A stretch of 60,953 nucleotides of DNA from an uncultured Nitrososphaerota archaeon. GTDB lineage: Archaea; Asgardarchaeota; Njordarchaeia; Njordarchaeales; Njordarchaeaceae. The stretch lies in contig CAZFGR010000011.1 of assembly GCA_964518475.1 (NCBI GenBank), forward strand, positions 1 through 60,953. Direction: 5' to 3'. The position numbers and the translations under genes were made by a program. Of this stretch, positions 30,699-40,636 are shown piece after piece. Numbering within the stretch: the first letter of the stretch is position 1; each line of letters starts with the position of its first letter. The notes beneath the pieces were generated by a model. The model ran no database searches. It had not been told where the DNA came from and saw only the letters and a list, made by a program, of their open reading frames with translations.

Positions 30699-32087
30699 GT
30701 GATTTTCATGGGACGATTTTTTGGAACATCTGGTATTCGTGGATTAATCGACAAGCATCTTAAACCAGATTTTTGCGTAAAGATAGGCTTGGCAGCAGCT
30801 AAATTTTTTGGCGAGGAGGCTAACATCATCATCGGATATGATCATAGGCCTCAGTCACGCATAGTGGCGTCAGCTGTGATTTCAGGGCTCCTTGCGGGTG
30901 GTGTAAACGTTTTAGATGCGGAAATCATACCCACGCCGGCTGTTTTGTACGGTCTTAAAGAGATGAAGTTAGATGGAGCAGTTGTGGTCACTGGTAGTCA
31001 TACAACGCCTGAAATAACAGGTATATTATTTTTCAAACGAGATACTTCAGAACTCTCAAAAGAAGAAGAAGATATTTTTGAAAAAATTCTTATTGAAGAG
31101 AACTTTAACCGTGTTCCATGGAATCGAGTGGGTAGACTAGAATATATCAATATAATCGATATCTATATTGAATCTGTGTTATCTCTCATAGATCTGGGGA
31201 AGGTAGAGGGAAGAAAAGTTGTAGTTGACCCTGGTAATGGTGCTGCTTCTGGAATTCTAAAGTTTATTCTAATAGAGGCTGGTCTTGTTGTTCAAGCGAT
31301 AAATGATTACCTAGATCCTACTTTTCCAGGCAGAGGAGCATTTCCGCGAGTTGATGTCCTTAATGATCTATGTAGAGTTACAAAAGCAGTTAAGGCTGAC
31401 TTGGGAGTAGGGACCGATGGAGATGGAGATCGGGCCCTTTTCTGTGATGAGAATGGTACAGCGTATTGGGGGGACGTTTCCGGAGCTATTTTTGCTCGAG
31501 GAGTAGTTAGAAAGGGTCATAAAAGAGTAGTTGTGACAATTAATACTAGTCACATTGTAAAATGGGCCGTTGAAAAGGAAGGAGGAGAAGTCATCTTTTC
31601 TAGAGTAGGGCCACCAGCTATAGCAGATACGATGAAGAAATACAACGCCTATTATGGAATAGAAGAGTCTGGCAAATACCTCTGGTCTGATGCGATATAT
31701 TATGGCGATGCAGCATTAGCCACGCTAAGAATGCTTGAAATATTGGAAGAGGAAGAAAAGACTTTTTCCGAGCTTGTTAGCGAATTACCAAAATTCCACC
31801 TCAAGAAAGTAGCTATATCCTGCCCTGATGAAATAAAGAAGAAAGTTTTAGAGAAGTCAATTAATGAGTTGAAAAGAATATTACCTAATCGCTACGAGAT
31901 AACGGAGGTTATAGATATTGATGGTCTCAAAATAATATTTAACGATAATTCATGGCTACTATTGAGACCTTCTGGAACGGAACCAGTGTTTCGCGTTTTC
32001 GCAGAATCTCAGGATCCGCAACTGGCACAAGAATTAATAGAGATTGGAGAAAAAGTAGTGAAGAAGCTAATAGAGCAAGAAAAATGA
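30699..32087 (+). CDS. phosphoglucosamine mutase / phosphomannomutase family
   Basis: FGTSGIRG, TGSHT phosphoserine loop, DGDGDR, RPSGTEP. Confidence 0.92.
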   Translation: MIFMGRFFGTSGIRGLIDKHLKPDFCVKIGLAAAKFFGEEANIIIGYDHRPQSRIVASAVISGLLAGGVNVLDAEIIPTPAVLYGLKEMKLDGAVVVTGSHTTPEITGILFFKRDTSELSKEEEDIFEKILIEENFNRVPWNRVGRLEYINIIDIYIESVLSLIDLGKVEGRKVVVDPGNGAASGILKFILIEAGLVVQAINDYLDPTFPGRGAFPRVDVLNDLCRVTKAVKADLGVGTDGDGDRALFCDENGTAYWGDVSGAIFARGVVRKGHKRVVVTINTSHIVKWAVEKEGGEVIFSRVGPPAIADTMKKYNAYYGIEESGKYLWSDAIYYGDAALATLRMLEILEEEEKTFSELVSELPKFHLKKVAISCPDEIKKKVLEKSINELKRILPNRYEITEVIDIDGLKIIFNDNSWLLLRPSGTEPVFRVFAESQDPQLAQELIEIGEKVVKKLIEQEK

Positions 32088-32104
32088 TGAAGTACCGCCT
32101 AATA

Positions 32105-32590
32105 TTATTTGATGGGTATTCTAGGATCCTCCTTGTGCGTTTTAATAATCATTGAAGTAACGGTTCTTGCGACGAAGTCGGAATCCAGAAGTTTTCTCAC
32201 AAAATCAGCTAGATGACTCTCATCCCTAAAGCGACCTATCAATACTAGATCATACTCACCCGTGACTTCATAAGCGTTAGTTATGTTGTCCATTCCCTTG
32301 ATCAGACTAGCTAGCTCATTGAGTTTTCCAGGCTTCGCTTGAATCAATATGATTGCTGATAGGGAGTATCCGAGAGCCCTATAGTTTAAAAGCGGTACAA
32401 ATGATCTTATTATTCCCGCATGCATCATTTTCATAATCCTATTCTTTATAGTTGCTGGTGCTTTCCCTAATTTTTCAGCAATATCCTTGTAAGCCATTCT
32501 ACCATCTTTTTGTAATAGTCTTAAAATCTGCTTGTCAATTTCGTCAAATTTTGGCACTATAATCACCTCACTACGAGATTTCCTAAACAA
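32105..32590 (-). CDS. Lrp/AsnC transcriptional regulator
   Basis: DEIDKQILRLLQKDGR, YEVTGEYD. Confidence 0.93.
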   Translation of the reverse strand: MFRKSRSEVIIVPKFDEIDKQILRLLQKDGRMAYKDIAEKLGKAPATIKNRIMKMMHAGIIRSFVPLLNYRALGYSLSAIILIQAKPGKLNELASLIKGMDNITNAYEVTGEYDLVLIGRFRDESHLADFVRKLLDSDFVARTVTSMIIKTHKEDPRIPIK

Positions 32591-32756
32591 TGAACTAGCA
32601 ATACTAATTTGTTTTTCAAAAAATTTGAATTTTTCTATTTAGGATAGAGAATAAAGTGCATTATTATGATTAATTAATGTTTGTTAAGATCAAAAAACAG
32701 ATTAATTATGTCTCAAAAAGTAAACATTATTAAAATATGACAGTAGGTATAAGAAG

Positions 32757-32831
32757 TGGTGGACGGGGCGGGATTCGAACCCGCGGCCTCCGGCTTGCAA
32801 GGCCGGCGCTCTACCACTGAGCTACCCGTCC
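32757..32831 (-). tRNA. tRNA-Ala(UGC), intronless, CCA encoded, atypical A3:U70 pair
   Basis: GGACGGG TA GCTC AGTGGTA GAGC G CCGGC CTTGCAA GCCGG AGGCC GCGGG TTCGAAT CCCGC CCCGTCC A CCA; complete cloverleaf. Confidence 0.95.
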
Positions 32832-33312
32832 ACTGGGCCGGAACTAGTTTTCTAATGAAAGAGTTCTTCTAATAGTGAAATAGAATTTAAAGTTTTTTGG
32901 TAATTAGTCCCGATTCCTACTTGAACTAGTATGGGTTTAAGACACTCCTCATGCCTTTAGTTGTTGTCAGACTCAAATATTACGACAACTCACTGGAAAT
33001 TTTGCCAGAGCTAAAAAATACGAGAGAGCCCATAGATAGAACAAACAAGATACCAGTTATGACTATATAGAGCTTTTCGTGCACTGTAACTAGATGATTC
33101 CAAAAGACCCTCGATCTCACACCAAAACTATCATAGTCGCTATTAATGAGACTAAAATTCATTCCTAACGTATTCGTGGATATTTCATCGTTTTCTCCAA
33201 GCTTATCATAATATGTTGTTTATTCAAAGACTATATATAAAAATCAATAAAAATTAATTCAGCTAGGATCCAGTATCTGTTCTTGATCTTTCCGCATAAA
33301 AAGTGAGGTTTC

Positions 33313-33855
33313 ATGGATTCATTAAAGAGTAAAGGAAAAATAATTTATACCATTGGCCACTCTAACAGGTCCATTGAAGAATTCATCGACATTCTGAAAC
33401 ATTATAACATTTCTTGGGTTATAGATGTACGCCGCTTCCCTACCTCTAGAAAATTTCCTCATTTTACTCGCGAAAATCTAAAGACAATTCTTCGCTCAGT
33501 AGGAATAAAATATGTATGGCTAGGAGATTCTTTAGGAGGTTATCGTGGATACATCCGAGGAGCTAGTAGCATTAAGTGTTTCAAGGCTCAAGGCTATCGA
33601 AATTATGCCGCCTACATGCAGACAAGAGATTGGCAAATAGGATTTGAAAAAGTAGTCGAGATCGCCAATAAATCAACAGCGACTATTATGTGTTCAGAGA
33701 GAATTCCTTGGCGTTGCCATAGAAAACTCATCTCAGATGCTCTACTTGTTAGAGGCTTTACCGTTATTCATATTATAGAAAAGGATCATCTTATACACCA
33801 CAAATTAACGAAGTGCGCTAGAATCGGCAACAACAATACTCTATATTACGTGTGA
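33313..33855 (+). CDS. DUF488 family protein
   Basis: IYTIGHSNRS, IDVRRFPTS, MCSERIPWRCHR. Confidence 0.92.
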   Translation: MDSLKSKGKIIYTIGHSNRSIEEFIDILKHYNISWVIDVRRFPTSRKFPHFTRENLKTILRSVGIKYVWLGDSLGGYRGYIRGASSIKCFKAQGYRNYAAYMQTRDWQIGFEKVVEIANKSTATIMCSERIPWRCHRKLISDALLVRGFTVIHIIEKDHLIHHKLTKCARIGNNNTLYYV

Positions 33856-33861
33856 TGTTGT

Positions 33862-35088
33862 ATGCGATACGTAGTTATCCTTAGATATTCGGGAGAGATA
33901 GCGATTAAAAGTCCAAGAGTCAAAAGACAATGGGAGAAATTATTGGTAGATCATGTCAAGGAGAGAGTAGGAAAGGACTATGGAGTAGAAATATTCCATT
34001 CTAGGATCCTTGTTTACGTAGATAATCCTAGAGAACTGGACGAAGTTGAAAAGAATCTAAGAACCTTGCTCGGTTTTTCATCGCTTTCTTCTGGCCTTGA
34101 AGTACGAACAAGTATCCCAGAGATTTTACAGGGGCTTAAGAAAATGTTATCTGATGGTCTAGTAAATCTGCCTTTAAGATTTCAACCTCTGAAATTCGTA
34201 ATGACGAATTTGCGACCCAGAGATGTAATAGATGTTTTGCAATCCACGTTTGATAAAAATGATGAAAAGGAACCCACTGATCTCTATATAGAGGTTCGGG
34301 GAGAAAAAACATTTCTCCTAAGGACCTATCTCCAAGGTCCTGGAGGGGTTCCTTTTGGAACACAAGATAAATTAGTTTCTTTAATGAGCGGAGGCCCCGA
34401 CTCAACACTATCAACTTGGATGATGATGCGCAGGGGATCCCCCATAGCTGGTATTTATATACCAATGGGCAGCGAAAAGGCTCGTCAAAGGGCAATAAAA
34501 GCAGCTATTTATCTCTTTAGCAACTGGACTCCTACCAGATCTGGTAAATTATACGTGGTTCCAATAGAGGAAATACTTAACAGAATATCAGAAGTTGGCG
34601 GGGATAGATTATCACATGTGCTCTTTAAACGTTACGCTCTCAGAGTTGCTGAAATCATCGCTACTTACGAAGGAGCTGTTGGCATTGTTACTGGAGAATT
34701 AGCTGGTGAGCATGCATCACAAACAATATGGAATCTCAGTATAATAACACAGGCTACCGCTTTGCCCGTGTATCGACCAGTACTTGGTTTCGATAAGAAT
34801 GAAGTATTGATGAAACTTAAGGAAGTTGATCCAGAATTATTCGAGATCGTCAATATTAAGGTTGAGGAGTGTTCAAGGATCGTTCCTAGATGGCCTGTAA
34901 CACACGTAGAATTATCTGAGATAAGAAGAGCTGAGAAAAAAATCGGCTTCCTTGATCCACGAGAACTCATAGATTTAATCAATAATAATGGCAATGTCTT
35001 ACATATCAAGAACTTTCGAGTAGAGAGCGTTGAGGAGGTAAAAATATCGAGCATTAGCCATACCCGCTTCTTAGAAAAACGGCGATGA
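33862..35088 (+). CDS. thiI: tRNA 4-thiouridine synthase ThiI-like
   Basis: RYSGEIAIKS, GPGGVPFGT, LMSGGPDS PP-loop, ASQT, RPVLGFDK. Confidence 0.85.
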   Translation: MRYVVILRYSGEIAIKSPRVKRQWEKLLVDHVKERVGKDYGVEIFHSRILVYVDNPRELDEVEKNLRTLLGFSSLSSGLEVRTSIPEILQGLKKMLSDGLVNLPLRFQPLKFVMTNLRPRDVIDVLQSTFDKNDEKEPTDLYIEVRGEKTFLLRTYLQGPGGVPFGTQDKLVSLMSGGPDSTLSTWMMMRRGSPIAGIYIPMGSEKARQRAIKAAIYLFSNWTPTRSGKLYVVPIEEILNRISEVGGDRLSHVLFKRYALRVAEIIATYEGAVGIVTGELAGEHASQTIWNLSIITQATALPVYRPVLGFDKNEVLMKLKEVDPELFEIVNIKVEECSRIVPRWPVTHVELSEIRRAEKKIGFLDPRELIDLINNNGNVLHIKNFRVESVEEVKISSISHTRFLEKRR

Positions 35089-35887
35089 CTTCAAGGATCA
35101 TCTGCACCAGTAATTTTCCGTGCACATATCCTACGTCAATTTCTGGGCAATATTCTACGAGATCAAAATACCTTGCTCGAACATTCTTCAACTTTCTAAG
35201 CACTAAAATAAAGTCTTTGGGGTTAATACCCAAGATTTCTGGAACTCGCGTTGCTTTAAAAACAAATGCGTCAAAGAAATCTATGTCGAGACTAATAGCC
35301 TCCGCTGATTCTAGCCTCCTAATTAGCTCTTCTTCGAGAAATGGATAGCTAATGATATCAATTCCTAATTCCTTGACTTGCTCTAACTCTATTTTCGGAG
35401 TCGAATACCCGCGGAAACCTATAATTGTCGCCCTCTTTTTATTATCCCCTACCAGAAGATATCTGAGAGCTGACGCATGAGAAACCTTGTTCTCTGGGTA
35501 AATATCGAGATGAGCATCAAGCCACACAATATGCTCAAGATTAGTATCTCTGAGAGAATAATACGTTGTCGCGTGGTCACCTCCAATTACTAAAACAACA
35601 CCACCATTTTCCAAGATTTTATTCACAACTCTTCCTAAATCCTCTCTACCAAAATCACCCACATCCACAACATCTTTTTCATGAATGTCAATATCTAACG
35701 CTGGAATATGACCAGTATATTCCTGTGACACCTCCCTAAGAACGCGCGCCGCCCTCCCTACTCCATACTCCTTATGTACACTCTTAGTGACAATGTTAGC
35801 CCCTATTATAGCGATGGTTCCTTTAACCACGTCGTCAGGGGATACTTTAGGAATACCAAAAAAGGTTATCTCCATTACCCACACCAA
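35054..35887 (-). CDS. arginase/agmatinase (ureohydrolase) family protein
   Basis: GGDHA, DAHLD, SLDIDFFD, DLVEYCP. Confidence 0.85.
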   Translation of the reverse strand: MVWVMEITFFGIPKVSPDDVVKGTIAIIGANIVTKSVHKEYGVGRAARVLREVSQEYTGHIPALDIDIHEKDVVDVGDFGREDLGRVVNKILENGGVVLVIGGDHATTYYSLRDTNLEHIVWLDAHLDIYPENKVSHASALRYLLVGDNKKRATIIGFRGYSTPKIELEQVKELGIDIISYPFLEEELIRRLESAEAISLDIDFFDAFVFKATRVPEILGINPKDFILVLRKLKNVRARYFDLVEYCPEIDVGYVHGKLLVQMILEVIAVFLRSGYG

Positions 35888-35956
35888 GAAAATTCTTATA
35901 ATATTGCAGCATATTCACAGTAATTTACCTTCATCCTTTAATTCTAGGGATCCTTA

Positions 35957-36919
35957 GTGGAGAAAAATAAATTACTCGAAACCATTGGACAGAACCTCAA
36001 GAATCTTCAAATAGCTCGTTTTGATGGTGTGATCAGCATATTTCAAATAAAAAATCAACAGTTTGCGCTTTTTACTCATGAAAACCCCCTACTCAATGCT
36101 GTTCTAGTTAAGAAATTTGAGCCTAATCACCATCACTTTATCATAGAAGGCAGAAAATACTTCGTAAAAGACGTGATAGAAAAACATCAAGGAGGTTTTT
36201 TAGAAAAACTTGAAATTTTACTAGAATCTACTAATGGAGACCCTATAACTATGTCTTGGGATGGAAAAAGTGTTATCGTGCGCACTATCCTAAAACCCAC
36301 CATAAACGGTCTTCAGCACGAAATAGAGCTGATAAAATCAATAAGTCGCCCTTTTATTCTTGCTGAGGCATTGTTCTTGTCCGGTAGGGAAACAATCTTT
36401 GGTAACTACATCCCACTCGAAATAGGTCGCTTTAGCCCAGATAATCTAGACGAAATGGGAGCTTTTCTACAAGATTGGGGTCGGGATAAGGTTATTGAGA
36501 GAATACTTAGCCCATTTTATGTCGCAACACATGATGCAGAGACATTAAGAATCGCACTAGCTGAAAGTGTGAATCCTGATATTTTGATGAAACGTCTAGC
36601 AAATCATATACTTACTGTCATTAAAATTTCTAAAAAAGTACTTATGGAGGATCTTTGTCTTCAACACTTACCAGTAGGATCAAAGAACCTCCAAGAAGAA
36701 ATCATAAAAATCATCGCATCTCTTTTTTGGCTTAAAAAACCACTGGTGAGAGCCGATCCTATATGCCCAGAAAAGAAAGAGTTCATAGAATTAGTATGGC
36801 TAATACACCAGTTAATTGTCGAACACAATTTAAGAGAAGACATTGATTCAGTTGCCAAAAAACTCTCGGAACACATAGATCCAGCCAAACTAATACTTAG
36901 CATTAAAGAGAAAAAATAG
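35957..36919 (+). CDS. hypothetical protein
   Basis: 320-aa ORF, no recognised motif. Confidence 0.65.
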   Translation: MEKNKLLETIGQNLKNLQIARFDGVISIFQIKNQQFALFTHENPLLNAVLVKKFEPNHHHFIIEGRKYFVKDVIEKHQGGFLEKLEILLESTNGDPITMSWDGKSVIVRTILKPTINGLQHEIELIKSISRPFILAEALFLSGRETIFGNYIPLEIGRFSPDNLDEMGAFLQDWGRDKVIERILSPFYVATHDAETLRIALAESVNPDILMKRLANHILTVIKISKKVLMEDLCLQHLPVGSKNLQEEIIKIIASLFWLKKPLVRADPICPEKKEFIELVWLIHQLIVEHNLREDIDSVAKKLSEHIDPAKLILSIKEKK

Positions 36920-37811
36920 TAGTCGTTTGCCCTCTTAAGTCTCTCACGACTAATCTAGGAATAAAAATTAGTCTCATTATTTTCTCAGCTATTTTATGAG
37001 CCAATCCCCATTCAATGAGAAGATAATCAATATCGTCTGAAATGTTTACAACACACTTCTTCTTGTATTCTAGAATTCTCCTGCGTAACTCACGATTTGA
37101 TAATAATTCACATACTCTGTAGAGATAGATGCTATATCCCTGGATAGTATCTCTACTTAAGCTCATTTCCCAAGTTTTTACATCCTCCCCACAGCTGCTG
37201 GGATCGAAGCGCAGTTGTAAAGCTTTTCTTGGAATAATGACTTTCTCTCCTTTGACATACTTTACATCTACTAGTCCCGCCATATTGAGAATCTCGATGT
37301 GTTCTTCAAGCTCTACAGCTGATGGTATGGGGGATAATTCTACAGTTTTTTCCAGTAATTCCTTCCATGTAATCTCCTGTTCACATGCTATTATAGAGAA
37401 AATTTTGCATCGAAACTCATCGCTCAAACTCACGGGTATCAAAAAATTCTTGTTCAATTTTATCAATTTTATTTTTCCTAAATATGTCTCGTTAAGGATG
37501 TTACGTAGCTGATCACTAAGCCTTCTATGTTTCGTAGCAATATCTTTCACTAGAAATAGCGTGATTATAGGTTCTTCACGATTCACGATAATTATTCTTG
37601 GATCTGGGAAAAATCCACCTAAATAATACCAGAAGAGCTCTCCTTCCCTCGCATTTATTGTTCCATAGAGCACATCTTTGCGCCTTCGTGCTTCACTCAA
37701 CGCTCTAAAGAATATTATTGAGAGAGTCTCATGGGACAAACTAGTTTTACGAGGAAATTTTGCTATATATTGATACCCAGTCCTACGATCCCATTTGACG
37801 ACGAAGATTAT
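36903..37811 (-). CDS. longin-like + winged-helix protein (start revised to ATA at 37811)
   Basis: Frame open 24 codons upstream of the called TTG: IIFVVKWDRRTGYQYIAKFP, then LSHETL...FWYYLG; AGGTGA SD 6 nt before ATA; wHTH-like ITWKELL...IEILNMAGLV. Confidence 0.65.
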   Translation of the reverse strand: MIFVVKWDRRTGYQYIAKFPRKTSLSHETLSIIFFRALSEARRRKDVLYGTINAREGELFWYYLGGFFPDPRIIIVNREEPIITLFLVKDIATKHRRLSDQLRNILNETYLGKIKLIKLNKNFLIPVSLSDEFRCKIFSIIACEQEITWKELLEKTVELSPIPSAVELEEHIEILNMAGLVDVKYVKGEKVIIPRKALQLRFDPSSCGEDVKTWEMSLSRDTIQGYSIYLYRVCELLSNRELRRRILEYKKKCVVNISDDIDYLLIEWGLAHKIAEKIMRLIFIPRLVVRDLRGQTTTIFSL

Positions 37812-37860
37812 TGATCATCACCTAACATATTAAGCAGATTCTATAGTGGAATGGCGTCTT

Positions 37861-39030
37861 TTATTCTCTTAACATTCTGATCTTGCCAGGTATAAGAACC
37901 TTATCAATCCAAATCTCGAAGATCTTTCCAATAATTCCTTCCCTTTCTAATATTGAGTTCTCAGTTAATACTGTAGGAAGAAGCATCGCATCAACAAAGT
38001 TCACAAGTTTCCGAACCATATAGGGTATAACAATCATGTTTAAAGGAACTGTGCGCGTTGCTCGCTCAAACACATGATTCATCACAAAGGAGAAGAATAC
38101 TATCTCTATATCCAATGGGTCGACCTCTATAGCGAAATCCCTATATGTGGCTATGAGCTCTCTTACTGCACGATCAAACTCCGTTTTCATAAGGGAGAGA
38201 TCTTTAATTGTGAGTAATCTTAAGCTTCTCTCATAGGCGATAGGAATTTCTGATAAGAAATTGCTCCAAAACTTGCTTTCATCAAAAATCGGTACCATGG
38301 ACTCTACAATCTTCATGCCAAAAATTCGTCTTAACATAAACAACATTTTAGCTCTAAAACCCTCTGGTGACGATACTTCGAAGAACCTTGGCGTAATTAT
38401 ATGGATAATGTTCTCCCCGTTGCGTCCAAAGAGAGAAATACCATAACGTGCAAACGTTGTAATTGTATTCTCGATAAGTTCTACCTCATTTTTTTCTGAA
38501 ACCATAGATACTCCAAAAGGCGCTTTTCTGAAGCTTCCAGGTGTCCATATATGGAAAAAGAAGATGTCTTGGAAGCTACTAGTTATCTTTCTGGCTAATT
38601 CTAGGGATGATGAGAAGGCTATATTAAACGATGGGATGTTTAAATTCGTATCAACAACTATAAACGCGGGTTCTTGGATGATGTCCTTTAACTTCAGTAT
38701 TGTTTCGAAAATTATATAAGGTGGATAGGGGATGTATCGATACTTATCAGCACGTGCAACAACCCAGAGTTTCCCACCTTTTTTTGTTGTTGCTTCATAA
38801 ATCGACATTGGATAAGGTAATCGTTCTCCATGCACCTCTGTAACTACTGATAGCCTCCCCGTATAAATCCTTTTTAAGATTTCGTAGAAGTCTGGATTTA
38901 GAAAATTAAAATCCAAAGCTATCACATTAACGTTGCGCCGCTTTAGTAGTATAGATAATAACAGTGCAAAAGGTGTTTTTCCGACCCCTCCTTTCCCAGA
39001 CGTGAAGATCGCTATTCCCTCAGATACTAT
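37861..39030 (-). CDS. MinD/ParA (SIMIBI) family ATPase (start revised to ATA at 39030)
   Basis: In-frame upstream extension encodes AIFTSGKGGVGKT (38974-39000), then VIALDFNFLNP (Walker A') and FIVVDT (Walker B). Confidence 0.8.
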   Translation of the reverse strand: MVSEGIAIFTSGKGGVGKTPFALLLSILLKRRNVNVIALDFNFLNPDFYEILKRIYTGRLSVVTEVHGERLPYPMSIYEATTKKGGKLWVVARADKYRYIPYPPYIIFETILKLKDIIQEPAFIVVDTNLNIPSFNIAFSSSLELARKITSSFQDIFFFHIWTPGSFRKAPFGVSMVSEKNEVELIENTITTFARYGISLFGRNGENIIHIITPRFFEVSSPEGFRAKMLFMLRRIFGMKIVESMVPIFDESKFWSNFLSEIPIAYERSLRLLTIKDLSLMKTEFDRAVRELIATYRDFAIEVDPLDIEIVFFSFVMNHVFERATRTVPLNMIVIPYMVRKLVNFVDAMLLPTVLTENSILEREGIIGKIFEIWIDKVLIPGKIRMLRE

Positions 39031-40423
39031 TTTGGATCTCCCCCGTTATCTTTTCTAATTCTAGTAAAACATCATCAAAATTTTCGCTTGAATAATCATT
39101 TAACTCTTTCACTCTCATGTCACTTGTTCTTTTTTCCCTGAATCTAATTAATTTCTTCTTTTCAACCAATATAATCTTTGCACCACCAATTAATACATTA
39201 TTTGACTCTTTAAGGATAGAAATTATCATACCATAAAAGAACCCAAGAATAGCTCCTACATATATTGATTCCCGAATCGTGATTGAGAATACAACATTAT
39301 ATATTGACGAGAAAAGAAAGATGAGACCTATGAGCACATTGATGAGAGCGTAGCTCATTATTAAGGATTTTACTATTCGATACACTATCCCAGATACTTT
39401 TGCTTTATCTTTATCTCCAGCTAATAGATCTATACTTTCGATTGATGTTGTCTGATTTAAAAAGACTCTTAATAGACCCCAGAAAAAGATTGTCAATGGA
39501 AATAAGAAACTGAGATAGTATGTTGCAAAAAATTGTTCGATATGAACAGTTTTTGGTAGTAATTCACTGATATCAGCACTAAGAATTACTAAAACACCCA
39601 TTACCAGCAATGACCCCAGCCACGTTAAATGCGAATCTCTCGTTTCCCTCTCAAATTCGAATTCATAAATGTATCGATTACTAAGCGCTGATCCAAGCAA
39701 GTATCCCGCTATAAAATGGGATATATAAAATACTGGGATCCACCCCAGAAGAATAAGTAAGTTTGAAAATCGTCCCCATACATTATTTTCAACTAAGGTA
39801 TTCAGGGCTAAATTGTTTAAAAAATATACAAGAGAAACAACTACTAATGATCTCAGAAATGTCCGTCTTCGAAGGTCTTTATAGACTTTATGCAATCTGA
39901 TAGTAGTGCTTCCTTTTTCAAAGCTTGTTGCTGGAATTATAAGCTCTAGCATCAGAGAACTCGCGAGTAATATTATTGCCAGGGAGATAATAATCTCAAA
40001 AAGACCATAAGTAAAGTTCTTAATTAACACTGAGATTAGTAAGAAGGTTATAACCAGGAGTATCCTTTTACTACTTCCTCCAGATCTCACTAAGGATTTA
40101 AAAATACTAGGGCTTAGGTTACTCTCTTTCATTCTTAATTCTTTGTATCTCCAAATAGTCTCCTTTACCATAAAATAGGAGACAAGGAACAAGCCTAGGC
40201 TTGTAGCATAGATATAAAGAGACAGATATGCCGAAAACAGCACAACCAGATAGGAAGATAGACCTCTCTCTAGCAAGGATCCTAGAACCAAGAGATTAAT
40301 GAACATTATTATCCATAAGGCACGAACATATTTCCTGCTTTTATCCTCGTAATCAAGGACTAGGAATAACCGTTCAGCAGCCATTACGGCTTTAAGGGAA
40401 TTATTATCCATACTCGGCACCAT
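39020..40423 (-). CDS. polytopic membrane protein (about 10 TM)
   Basis: paired hydrophobic helices throughout; stop overlaps start of the MinD-like gene. Confidence 0.75.
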   Translation of the reverse strand: MVPSMDNNSLKAVMAAERLFLVLDYEDKSRKYVRALWIIMFINLLVLGSLLERGLSSYLVVLFSAYLSLYIYATSLGLFLVSYFMVKETIWRYKELRMKESNLSPSIFKSLVRSGGSSKRILLVITFLLISVLIKNFTYGLFEIIISLAIILLASSLMLELIIPATSFEKGSTTIRLHKVYKDLRRRTFLRSLVVVSLVYFLNNLALNTLVENNVWGRFSNLLILLGWIPVFYISHFIAGYLLGSALSNRYIYEFEFERETRDSHLTWLGSLLVMGVLVILSADISELLPKTVHIEQFFATYYLSFLFPLTIFFWGLLRVFLNQTTSIESIDLLAGDKDKAKVSGIVYRIVKSLIMSYALINVLIGLIFLFSSIYNVVFSITIRESIYVGAILGFFYGMIISILKESNNVLIGGAKIILVEKKKLIRFREKRTSDMRVKELNDYSSENFDDVLLELEKITGEIQNSI

Positions 40424-40636
40424 TTGTTGTGGCGTATTCTACAAAATCAAGATCCTCCGTCATATAGCTATGTCTATGCTAAGAGCCCTTGGATTGTATC
40501 ATGGGAAGAACGTTGTGATTTCATGATAATGAACAAAAATATATAAAACAATATTTTTCCAGAAATACCTACATGAGCTTTAAGATACCTTATTTTGAAG
40601 AGAAAAATAGTTAAGTCTATTTTTAAGGAGATTATA

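Noticed and set aside
32757-32831. Reading the tRNA as tRNA-Cys(GCA) or as evidence of GCA codon reassignment
   Set aside because: The 5-bp stem and 7-nt loop place UGC at 34-36, and GCA codons occur at conserved Ala positions
32832-33312. Possible integrated element or gene remnant beside the tRNA (60-aa ORF 32980-33162)
   Set aside because: No att duplication, integrase or recognisable homology; it lies on the tRNA 5' side
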